Assembly: GCA_964596525.1 (NCBI GenBank)
Contig: CAZQUL010000001.1
Location: 268,830 to 332,829 of the forward strand
Origin: an uncultured Gammaproteobacteria bacterium
Lineage (GTDB): Bacteria; Patescibacteriota; Patescibacteriia; Magasanikbacterales; GWA2-37-8
Direction of reading: 5' to 3'
DNA length: 64,000 nucleotides
The translations under genes and the position numbers were made by a program. The notes beneath the pieces were generated by a model that saw only the letters and a list, made by a program, of their open reading frames with translations, was not told the DNA's origin and did no database searches. Position 1 is the stretch's first letter. The number at the start of each line of letters is the position of its first letter. Shown in pieces: positions 45,541 to 53,677 of the stretch.

Positions 45541-46749
45541 TCATCTCCGAAGCGCCGCCAGCGCTTCTTTCGTTTCATCCCATGGTTCTTCGTGCGTGCC
45601 ATCGTAATTCATGGATTTTTCATGGCTCTTGCCGGTGAGAAGTACGGTGTCGCCGGGCACAGCGCTCGCGATAGCTTGCTGAATGGCAGAGCGACGATCG
45701 GGAACCGAACCGATGATTTTTTTATCGGACGCGTTGAGTAACGCGTCTTTTCTAAACTCGAAATCCGTAATCGGCGCGCGGATGGCCGCGTTGATGTCTT
45801 CTACGTTTTCGCCGCGTGGGTCTTCGGCGGTGAGGACGATGATATCGTCGTAGCGTGCTGCGACCGCCCCCATGAGCGGACGTTTACCGCTGTCGCGTAG
45901 TCCTGGGCAGCCGAAAACATGAATGAGACGGCCGGGAGTCATAGCGCGTACCGCGGGCAAGATCTGCTCGAAGGCGTTCGGCGTGTGCGCAAAATCAATG
46001 ATAACCTTAAATTCTTTATTATAGACAATTTTTTGGCGTCCTTCCGGAGCCTCGAAACTCGTTAGAGCATCACGAATTAGTTCTTCGTCAACTCCGATTT
46101 CACGCGCGAGTGCAATGGCGGCAAGCGCGTTGTAACGATTGAATTCGCCGATAAGGTTGGTGGAGAAAGGAAATGTTGCTGGTGTCAGATCAGCAGCTTG
46201 TTTGATGGCGTAGGTGCGCAGGCGGCTGGTGGGGACGAGTTTTGTTACGAGTTCGAACGAACCATCATCACGGTTCGCGAAGGCAACCTTGGCGCGCCGC
46301 AAAAGCCGCGCTTTGGTACGGACATAATTTTCATACGTTTTGTGATAGTCGAGATGTTCGTGCGTCACGTTGGTGAGTGCGGCGGCGCGAAAGGGAATGC
46401 CAACGACACGGTGTTGATCGAGACTGTGCGATGAGACTTCTAGAGCAACATGGGTTACACCGGTATCTGCGGCCTGACGCAGGTATTTTTGGAGTGTCCA
46501 GGCGTTCGGTGTCGTTACATGAAACGCATTGTCGTATTTTGTGCCGGCGATATCGGCGCCAACAGTGGTGATCATGGCGGCGCGTAGGCCAGCGCGGTTT
46601 AAGATATAGTAGAGCAAGCTGGTGGTCGTAGTTTTTCCGTCAGTGCCTGTGATCCCTAGCACAGTGAGGCGGCGTGCAGGAAAGCGATAATATATGACCG
46701 CGGCCCAGCCAGAAAGAAGATGAACGGTATTTTTAAGAAAGCGCAGCAT
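45541..46749 (-). CDS. murE: UDP-N-acetylmuramoyl-L-alanyl-D-glutamate--2,6-diaminopimelate (or L-Lys) ligase MurE, short N-terminal form
   Basis: GITGTDGKTTTT. EVSSHSLDQHRV (MurE signature EVSSH.L.Q.R). DFAHTPNA (MurE DxAHTP). Confidence 0.75.
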   Translation of the reverse strand: MLRFLKNTVHLLSGWAAVIYYRFPARRLTVLGITGTDGKTTTTSLLYYILNRAGLRAAMITTVGADIAGTKYDNAFHVTTPNAWTLQKYLRQAADTGVTHVALEVSSHSLDQHRVVGIPFRAAALTNVTHEHLDYHKTYENYVRTKARLLRRAKVAFANRDDGSFELVTKLVPTSRLRTYAIKQAADLTPATFPFSTNLIGEFNRYNALAAIALAREIGVDEELIRDALTSFEAPEGRQKIVYNKEFKVIIDFAHTPNAFEQILPAVRAMTPGRLIHVFGCPGLRDSGKRPLMGAVAARYDDIIVLTAEDPRGENVEDINAAIRAPITDFEFRKDALLNASDKKIIGSVPDRRSAIQQAIASAVPGDTVLLTGKSHEKSMNYDGTHEEPWDETKEALAALRR

Positions 46750-46861
46750 AGGAAAAGATAAGAAAACTGATTGATAGAGTACTCAGTAGGCGGAAAACAG
46801 TAAAGGAGGAGAATTAAAACAGCCCGACCGAAGCCGGGGTGTTGTGGTTGTAGGACATGCG

Positions 46862-47716
46862 TTACACGGTACGGGCGGTATCGCCGACGCGGATAATGCC
46901 GGCACCGGTGTACGAGAAGTACCGTCCGAAAAACACACCGCCCTCCCCGCTTCGATAGGTGGCGAGCGTGCGTAGCGGTTCGTGGTCTTCAGTGCCGGTG
47001 CGCTGGTCGATGGCCGTGAGCGAGCAGCGTATGCAGCGTGGGCCGCCGTTAAATTGGATGCTACCAATCCGGAATGAACCGATGCGATCTTCGGCGTACG
47101 GTTCGCAGCCGTCCAAAACGATGTTGGGGCGAAACCGGTTCATCGGTATTTTTCCGTGTATGCTCCGCCGGTTAAGATCTTCGAGCGAGGCACGCGAAAT
47201 AACGAGGAGCGGATAGTTATCGACGAAGAATATTTGCGCCATGTTGTCGAGCGTGAGCCGTTCCCCTTCGTCGCCGCCGTTCATGCGCACCAAGCGGTAT
47301 GATCCAGGTCGTTCGCGGGAAATGAATCTGGTGAGCCATTCGCTAGCCTCTTCGCCCTGATCAACCGCCTGACAGGACGTATCGCCGATTTTTACTGTGA
47401 GTAATTCTCCGGCAGCGCGGCCTTCGAGCGGCAAAGCGATCGTCTCCATATCCGGTGCGCAGAGCGCAAGGTTTCGAGCGGTCGCATTGACTATAATCTC
47501 GGTTCTAATGAGGCATACGGATGTTACTCCGATGCCGTGTCCATTTTTTTTCCGTTGCACCACGCTCGTGCCGCTTTTATCCACGATCATCCATTGGTGG
47601 TCGTAGCGGATACCCATGGTTTCAATTTCAACGAACGGCATGGCAATACCCCGACATGATTTGACGGGGTAACAAAACAGTTCCTCAACCGTGATTGTTT
47701 CCATAGCACCCCTCAC
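46862..47716 (-). CDS. MOSC-domain protein (YcbX-like, N-terminal beta-barrel + MOSC)
   Basis: MOSC_N-like VEELFCYPVKSCRG. C-terminal MOSC with conserved Cys (GGPRCIRCSLT). Confidence 0.6.
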   Translation of the reverse strand: MRGAMETITVEELFCYPVKSCRGIAMPFVEIETMGIRYDHQWMIVDKSGTSVVQRKKNGHGIGVTSVCLIRTEIIVNATARNLALCAPDMETIALPLEGRAAGELLTVKIGDTSCQAVDQGEEASEWLTRFISRERPGSYRLVRMNGGDEGERLTLDNMAQIFFVDNYPLLVISRASLEDLNRRSIHGKIPMNRFRPNIVLDGCEPYAEDRIGSFRIGSIQFNGGPRCIRCSLTAIDQRTGTEDHEPLRTLATYRSGEGGVFFGRYFSYTGAGIIRVGDTARTV

Positions 47717-47801
47717 ACCCGTTTGCGCTTATATTCGCAGAGAAGAAACGGGTTGTCAACCGGCTTTTAAACAAAAAACCGCCAGAGGCGGGGGGCGGAG
47801 G

Positions 47802-48575
47802 CTAGCCGCGTGGGAGGGCGAAGGCTCTTTCAACGTAAAGCTTCATGTAGTCTTCGTTCGGGGTGCCGTCGTTATTGTGAATTTTTCCTTGCGCGTCGAA
47901 GCTTAACTCCGGATACGTCTTCAGGAGCGGCGCGACTAGATTGAGGGAATCAGGACCGAGTCCACCCGCGAGACCGACGCCGAGCGTCGAGCCGCTCGAA
48001 CGGATGCTCGTGATAAAATCCCGGGCTCGCTCGGTATCGAACGGTCGACCGCGGCCCCCGCTCGGATCGAGCAAAATGCCGTCGATGAACGGTTCATACG
48101 TCTTGAGGCGGGTTGCCACCGCTGATGGCGTGCCGCCGGCCTCGCTCACCGCTTCATCGGGTATCTGCAAGATAATGACGCGTGCGCGTGCGTCGTTGAG
48201 ATGCAGCCAGTCGCGGTATCTGGCCAGGATTTTGATATCTGGCCAACAGTCGTTGATCTGAAAGCCGTGGCACGCATCTCCGGCGTGGCTGGTTAGCGAG
48301 ATAAGGTCCTGGAGCGTTTCCGTGCTCTCAATGTCGTGGCTTACGCTGTAATGGACGAGATTGAGCAGCCGCGGGTCGGCTACGAAGACATTGGCGAGCT
48401 CGTTAAGCGGTGGGGTCTGGTTTTGCCAGTAAGACCGCATCGCAATTCCGCGCACCGACTTAGCGGTTGCGAGCGCGCCGATCATGAGGCGGCACGGCGG
48501 CGTTGCGGGTAAAAGATCGAGGAGCATCTGGCTGTGTGCGGCTTTGATGATTCCGGTGACACCGATGTAGGTCAT
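47802..48575 (-). CDS. phosphoribosylanthranilate-isomerase-like (TrpF-family) TIM-barrel protein
   Basis: LLDPSGGRGRPFD and GVGLAGGLGPDSL resemble the TrpF motifs DSGGTG.xFDW and LAGGL. A lone TrpF is unusual, so this is uncertain. Confidence 0.45.
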   Translation of the reverse strand: MTYIGVTGIIKAAHSQMLLDLLPATPPCRLMIGALATAKSVRGIAMRSYWQNQTPPLNELANVFVADPRLLNLVHYSVSHDIESTETLQDLISLTSHAGDACHGFQINDCWPDIKILARYRDWLHLNDARARVIILQIPDEAVSEAGGTPSAVATRLKTYEPFIDGILLDPSGGRGRPFDTERARDFITSIRSSGSTLGVGLAGGLGPDSLNLVAPLLKTYPELSFDAQGKIHNNDGTPNEDYMKLYVERAFALPRG

Positions 48576-48694
48576 GTTCGTTCTCCGCTCATTGGGTACT
48601 TTGTCACACTAGCAGGGCAGAAGAATTTGGGCAAGATTGTGGGTAGTAAAAACGTCTGGTTGTCCAGACGTTGTGTGTTTGTTGCTGCTTCTAT

Positions 48695-49249
48695 TTATTG
48701 TTCCGTGATCTCGATGATAAACGGTTTGCCGCGACTGACCTTTCTCTCATCCAGTTTATCGTCCATACCGCCTCCGACTAGAAAGCCGAGATTTTCTTCG
48801 CAGAAGCCTACATAGTCGAGCGGCACGTCGTGGCGTTCGTGCTTATCGGGTTTTTCCACCAAAACGGCGGTTTTGAGAGTCAGCGGTTTTTTGGTCAAGA
48901 AAAGATCGTGTAACGCGCCGATGGTAACGAGTCGGTCAGCCACATCATCGACAATAATGACGTTTTCGCCGGCAATCGATGTTTGCAGGCAATCATCGAT
49001 CTTGAGTGCGCCGCCGGTCATGTTGTGGCCATAGCTTGAGGTCCGCACGAAATCCAGGCTGCAACTCCTCACCCTACTTAACCGCTCGATGGCTGTGGCC
49101 AGGTATGCGGTCAGAAAATATCCGCCGGTCAAGACCCCCACCAGCACGATGTCGCGTCCGGCGTAGTCCGCGCTGATTTCGCTTGCCATGCGGTTGATAG
49201 CGGTGGTAACCTGTTCCTCGGTATACAGAATGCGGGTTTTTTGGGCCAT
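48695..49249 (-). CDS. hpt: hypoxanthine-guanine phosphoribosyltransferase
   Basis: PRPP-binding motif NVIIVDDVADRLVTIG. 184 aa. AAGGAG RBS. Confidence 0.8.
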   Translation of the reverse strand: MAQKTRILYTEEQVTTAINRMASEISADYAGRDIVLVGVLTGGYFLTAYLATAIERLSRVRSCSLDFVRTSSYGHNMTGGALKIDDCLQTSIAGENVIIVDDVADRLVTIGALHDLFLTKKPLTLKTAVLVEKPDKHERHDVPLDYVGFCEENLGFLVGGGMDDKLDERKVSRGKPFIIEITEQ

Positions 49250-49278
49250 ACGCGCTCCTTGGGTAATTTCTTAAACGC

Positions 49279-49336
49279 ACAAAGGTTCATCGGGCGAGGC
49301 AACCTCGCGGTACTGCCCTGCATGATGAACCTTTGT
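49279..49336 (-). other. compound hairpin between tRNA-Ala and hpt
   Basis: 13-bp perfect stem acaaaggttcatc / gatgaacctttgt enclosing the gcgagg-caac-cctcgc hairpin. Confidence 0.5.
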
Positions 49337-49344
49337 AACCGTGT

Positions 49345-49415
49345 GGACCTAGGCAGAATCGAACTGCCGTCTGAGCAATGCGAATGCCCCGTTCTACCAC
49401 TGAACCATAGGCCCT
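49345..49415 (-). tRNA. tRNA-Ala (anticodon CGC)
   Basis: Acceptor GGGCCUA with G3:U70, D-arm GUUC..GAAC, anticodon loop UUCGCAU, T-arm GGCAG-UUCGAUU-CUGCC, discriminator A. Confidence 0.8.
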
Positions 49416-49428
49416 CTCTACGTTGTGT

Positions 49429-49500
49429 GCCCCCGAAGGGAATCGAACCCCCATCTCGCCCTTAGGACGGGCTTGCTCTATCCGTTGAGCTACAAGGGCT
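49429..49500 (-). tRNA. tRNA-Arg (anticodon CCU)
   Basis: Acceptor GCCCUUG/CGGGGGC (two G-U pairs), D-arm GCUC-AACGGAUA-GAGC, anticodon loop GUCCUAA, T-arm GGGGG-UUCGAUU-CCCUU. Confidence 0.75.
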
Positions 49501-49650
49501 CGGGATGGATAAAAGCTAGCATATCTTGATTAACTTGGCAATTGCTCCTACACTGAAAGTAGCTTTTTCGCCGGAACATCGCGCGTTTGCAGGAAGCCGT
49601 TCACGTTTTACTTTACAGTTTTAAGAGGTAGAACCTCCTTTTTTTACAGC

Positions 49651-50208
49651 ATGTGGTCTATGAAACATCTTCATCCGATTATTTCTTTTGATATTGAAAC
49701 TAACGGCTTGTTCGGCGCGGCGTTTGCCGCTGCGGGCATTATTATCGATGAAGAAAAAAACGTTGTTGATTCGTTTGTCGCGCGCTGTCCGGTTGCGGGA
49801 ACTCTTGATCCGTGGGTAGCGGAGCATGTGGTGCCTGCGATTGCTTCTCTTGCTGAAACAGCGGCCACCGAACGCGAATTGCGTGACCAGTTCTGGCGCT
49901 GGCTCGAGAACTCCATGAAGCGTTTTGCTGACGTATATGTAACAGTTGATACCGGCTATCCCGTAGAAATGCATTTCTTGGCTGCCTGCCACGGGGATGA
50001 TCCGCGCCGCCATGCGCTAAGTCCGCACCCGCTTCTTGATGTGGCTAGTATGCTCCTGGGAGCCGGACTCGACCCTGAAATTTCGCGCGCGAGTTTTATC
50101 GGCGACGACCTAAGCCGCGTCGCAGGACGCAAACATCATCCGCTCTACGACGCTCATGTCTCAGCACTGACTTTTTGGCATCTGGTAGAGCGCAATTCCT
50201 CGAAATAA
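49651..50208 (+). CDS. DEDDh-family 3'-5' exonuclease (DnaQ-like)
   Basis: Exo I ISFDIETNGL. C-terminal HHPLYDAHVSA (Exo III H-x4-D motif). Confidence 0.55.
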   Translation: MWSMKHLHPIISFDIETNGLFGAAFAAAGIIIDEEKNVVDSFVARCPVAGTLDPWVAEHVVPAIASLAETAATERELRDQFWRWLENSMKRFADVYVTVDTGYPVEMHFLAACHGDDPRRHALSPHPLLDVASMLLGAGLDPEISRASFIGDDLSRVAGRKHHPLYDAHVSALTFWHLVERNSSK

Positions 50209-50293
50209 GCATAGAAAAAATGCCTGCTGTGCGTTATACTTATACCACTTCCCTTTGAAATAGCGCAGCGCAATTCGCAGTAGTACAGGAAGA

Positions 50294-51412
50294 ATGCGCC
50301 GAATCCCTCTTTGTAATTTTATGGAAACCATTCTTTTGGGTGCCGCAATCGCCGTTCTTCTCCTTATGGCGATCATGCTCTTTCTCGTGTACCGCAAACT
50401 TTCCGCGCCGGTCGAAGATGACACTTCGGTTTTTGTGCTTTTACAAAACCAGCTCACCGAACTCTCACGTACTGTAGACCAAAAAATTACGGCCACGCAC
50501 GTGACGCTCGAAAAATCGCTCGGTGAAACGCAGCAGAGCCTTAACCGAACCATCCAAACTCACTTCGGTCAAAGCGCCAAAATCATTGCCGACGTGACCG
50601 GTCGGCTCACTAAAATCGACGAAACTAACCGTCAGGTGATGGGATTTGCCGAGCAGTTGCAGAGCCTGGAGAATTTGCTCCAGAGTCCAAAACAGCGCGG
50701 TATTTTGGGTGAATATTATCTAGAAACAGTGCTCAAAAATGTTCTACCGCCCGGGAGTTTTGCTTTACAGCATGCTTTCTCCGACGGCACCATCGTTGAC
50801 GCAGCTGTTTTTGTGCGCGATAAAATCATTCCTATCGACTCCAAGTTCAGCCTGGAAAACTACAACCGCGCTATCGAAGAAACCGATCTAGAACGTCGTG
50901 CTGAGTTTGAAGACGCATTCAAGAACGACCTTAAAAAACGCATCGATGAAACGAGCAAATACATCAAACCTGCCGAAGGCACCCTCGATTTCGCCTTCAT
51001 GTTCATTCCGGCCGAAGGCATTTACTACGATCTTCTCATCAATAAAGTCGGCGCGCTTAAAGTAAATACTGCCGCGCTCATCGAATACGCTTTTCGCGAC
51101 AAACGCGTCATTATCGTCTCGCCCACGTCGTTTCTTGCCTATTTGCAAACTGTGCTGCAAGGCCTCAAAGCCCTTCAGATCGAAGAGTCTACCAAAGAAA
51201 TTCGCAAGCGCGTGGAAGATCTGGGTCGGCATCTAGCTGCGTATGACGAATACTTTAAAAAGCTCGGTAATAACCTCGCTACCACGGTCAATAGTTACAA
51301 TACGGCCTACAAAGAGCTCGGTAAAATCGACAAAGACGTGGTACGCATTACTGCCGGCGAAAAAAGTATTGAAGCGCTTGCGCTCGAACGGCCGCTGTCT
51401 AACGAAGATTAA
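50294..51412 (+). CDS. rmuC: DNA recombination protein RmuC
   Basis: N-terminal TM segment, long coiled-coil, C-terminal RmuC nuclease-like domain (FAFMFIPAEGIYYD). Confidence 0.8.
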   Translation: MRRIPLCNFMETILLGAAIAVLLLMAIMLFLVYRKLSAPVEDDTSVFVLLQNQLTELSRTVDQKITATHVTLEKSLGETQQSLNRTIQTHFGQSAKIIADVTGRLTKIDETNRQVMGFAEQLQSLENLLQSPKQRGILGEYYLETVLKNVLPPGSFALQHAFSDGTIVDAAVFVRDKIIPIDSKFSLENYNRAIEETDLERRAEFEDAFKNDLKKRIDETSKYIKPAEGTLDFAFMFIPAEGIYYDLLINKVGALKVNTAALIEYAFRDKRVIIVSPTSFLAYLQTVLQGLKALQIEESTKEIRKRVEDLGRHLAAYDEYFKKLGNNLATTVNSYNTAYKELGKIDKDVVRITAGEKSIEALALERPLSNED

Positions 51413-51432
51413 CCTGTCCCCTTTTTGTCTTT

Positions 51433-52656
51433 ATGTCCTATTCCCGTCATTACCCGATCATTATTGCTGGTACCGGCCTTGGTGGTTTCAAGGCGCTTAC
51501 TACGCTTATCAAACTTCTTAAACGATCTCATCGTAGCGAAACTATTCTCGTTATCAACGCGACCAATTATTTCACGTTTGTGCCGATGCTGCACGAAGTG
51601 GCGACCGCTTCGGTAGAGGCCGAACATCTCACTGTGCCGATCCGCGAAATGCTTCGCGGCACGCCCCATCGTTTTTTGGAAGCGACCGTTCAAAGCATCG
51701 ATCCAACCACGCAGACCGTTACGACCTCTGAGGGAACCTTTGCATACGATTACGCTATCGTCGGGTTGGGTAGCGGCGTGAATTATTTCGGTACGCCGGG
51801 TGCAGCCGAATTTTCGTGTAACGTGCGCACGCTTTCTGCTGCACAACATACTGAGCATGTCTTTTTGAGCTTGCTCGAAAAGGAGCGTGAGCGAGTGGCA
51901 GTCACGATTGTCGGTGGTGGGTACACGGGTGTCGAAGTAGCCGGCCAGTTCGCCGATTGGGCGCGTGGTGATCTAAAGAGGCTTTACCCGCGCACCACGG
52001 TCAGCGTTACCGTGGTTGAGTCGAATCCGCGCATACTGAATGGCTTGCCCGAGAAGATCCAGACACTCGTAACGCGCCGTTTAGAACGGATGGGCGTCGC
52101 TATCCGCACTAGCGCCCAGGTAGCCGAAGTCAAGAAAGAAGAAGTTGTTCTTAAAGACGGCGCAGTCATCCCGACAGACATGACTGTCTGGTCTGCAGGT
52201 GTTGGTAATGTGGGGCCGCGCTTTTTTGCCGAAAATCTTACCGAAAAAGGTCGTTTGCCGGTTGATGAGTTTTTACGCCACAAGCAATTCCCCACGCTCT
52301 ATGTCGTTGGTGATTTGGCGCTTGGTTTTAATCGTGGCGCTACCACGCCGTTCCCCCCTTTAGGCGAAGTGGCGTATCACGAAGGGCAGTACGCGGCTCG
52401 TCATTTAGCTGCGACACTTAAGGAAAAAGCCTCGCTGCGGCCGTTTTCATTCGTATCGAAGGGGCTCCTCATGCCGGTCGGTGATTGGTATGGTGTTGCT
52501 AAAATCGGTCCGTTGATCTGGCAGGGTCGCTTAGCGTGGTGGTTGCGCCGCACGGTGTATCTTATGTATATGCCACGTTTGTCGCGTAAAATTCGTATCG
52601 CCATCGACTGGACACTGCATTGCTTGAGCGTTCGTTCGGGAAATTTGTTCCGATAA
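51433..52656 (+). CDS. ndh: type II NADH:quinone oxidoreductase (NDH-2)
   Basis: Two Rossmann dinucleotide motifs, IIAGTGLGG and VTIVGGGYTGVEVA. About 400 aa. C-terminal membrane-anchoring helix. Confidence 0.8.
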   Translation: MSYSRHYPIIIAGTGLGGFKALTTLIKLLKRSHRSETILVINATNYFTFVPMLHEVATASVEAEHLTVPIREMLRGTPHRFLEATVQSIDPTTQTVTTSEGTFAYDYAIVGLGSGVNYFGTPGAAEFSCNVRTLSAAQHTEHVFLSLLEKERERVAVTIVGGGYTGVEVAGQFADWARGDLKRLYPRTTVSVTVVESNPRILNGLPEKIQTLVTRRLERMGVAIRTSAQVAEVKKEEVVLKDGAVIPTDMTVWSAGVGNVGPRFFAENLTEKGRLPVDEFLRHKQFPTLYVVGDLALGFNRGATTPFPPLGEVAYHEGQYAARHLAATLKEKASLRPFSFVSKGLLMPVGDWYGVAKIGPLIWQGRLAWWLRRTVYLMYMPRLSRKIRIAIDWTLHCLSVRSGNLFR

Positions 52657-52706
52657 CTTTGACAGTACTGATGATGTTAGGCATACTCCCTACACGGAGG
52701 TTGTGC

Positions 52707-53648
52707 ATGACACTGACCGCTCAGTCCCCGAAGCTCACCATTCCGGTTACGGTCTTCGCAGCGATTAAGGGCAAAAAAAACGTGGAAGAGCGCATTTGCT
52801 GCGCGCTTGAGCAGGAACAACCGCTGGATACCCTCTTGTATCTTACGGATGTATATCTCACTGCGCCGCAACTCAAACGGGCCGAAGAATGGGAAAAGGC
52901 ATGGCGAGGTTTTGTCGATAATCCCACGTCCGCCCGCACCAAAAAAATCTTCGCCAGCATACGAAATATAGCGCGAAATCCAGGCGAGCTTGATCGTTTG
53001 CTTGAACATGCGTGGTGGAAAAAGATGTTCTGCGAGAAATACCCGCTCGCCACACTTTTGGCTGCAACCCCAGAGGCCCGGTATGGACTCATCCGAAAGC
53101 TTATCCAACAAAAAAACTATCTCCTGGCCTGGACCCAGCTCGTCGTACTTTTACCAGAAGAGGTGCGCAGTAGCCCGCCCCCGCCGCCGGTCATGAGAAG
53201 CGGGGTGTGCCAACTCTCAATCGTTACGCCCGCTGTGTTTGAACGCGGTGTACGGCTCTTAGTGAAAATCGTCGAGTGCGACAAAACGTACCAGCAACCA
53301 CTCGCACGCGGACTGCAGCAGGGTAAAGATGCCTACGCGATGGGTTGGGACACAGCCGTATCCGTACTCGGGGAAAAAGCTCGAGTTGATAAACGTCAGC
53401 TGCCGAATAGCCCGCGCAAAGTCGCATTCATCAAAGGGCCGCGCCTCATCGAAGTGATTTTTGAGCTTGATCGTGCCCTACAAGAAGAAGGTTGGCGGCG
53501 CTACGAAGCGAGTGGTAAGGCTAAACTCACGCGATCAGTCGCGGACATTAATGCGGAGAATACCGGCGAGGACGGCGTGAATCACGTAATCATTAGCCGC
53601 ATCCTCAACCGCATCGCCCCCAAGCACGGCGGTCGCGGCCACTACTAG
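52707..53648 (+). CDS. hypothetical protein (313 aa)
   Basis: GGAGG RBS before MTLTAQSP. No recognisable domain. Confidence 0.5.
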   Translation: MTLTAQSPKLTIPVTVFAAIKGKKNVEERICCALEQEQPLDTLLYLTDVYLTAPQLKRAEEWEKAWRGFVDNPTSARTKKIFASIRNIARNPGELDRLLEHAWWKKMFCEKYPLATLLAATPEARYGLIRKLIQQKNYLLAWTQLVVLLPEEVRSSPPPPPVMRSGVCQLSIVTPAVFERGVRLLVKIVECDKTYQQPLARGLQQGKDAYAMGWDTAVSVLGEKARVDKRQLPNSPRKVAFIKGPRLIEVIFELDRALQEEGWRRYEASGKAKLTRSVADINAENTGEDGVNHVIISRILNRIAPKHGGRGHY

Positions 53649-53677
53649 ATCCTTCCTCTAACGCCTCAGGCGTTTTT

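Noticed and set aside
49262-49345. Purine riboswitch in the hpt leader
   Set aside because: The structure is a single long hairpin with one internal stem-loop, not the three-way junction with two loops and the conserved U-rich J1/2 and J2/3 of purine riboswitches.
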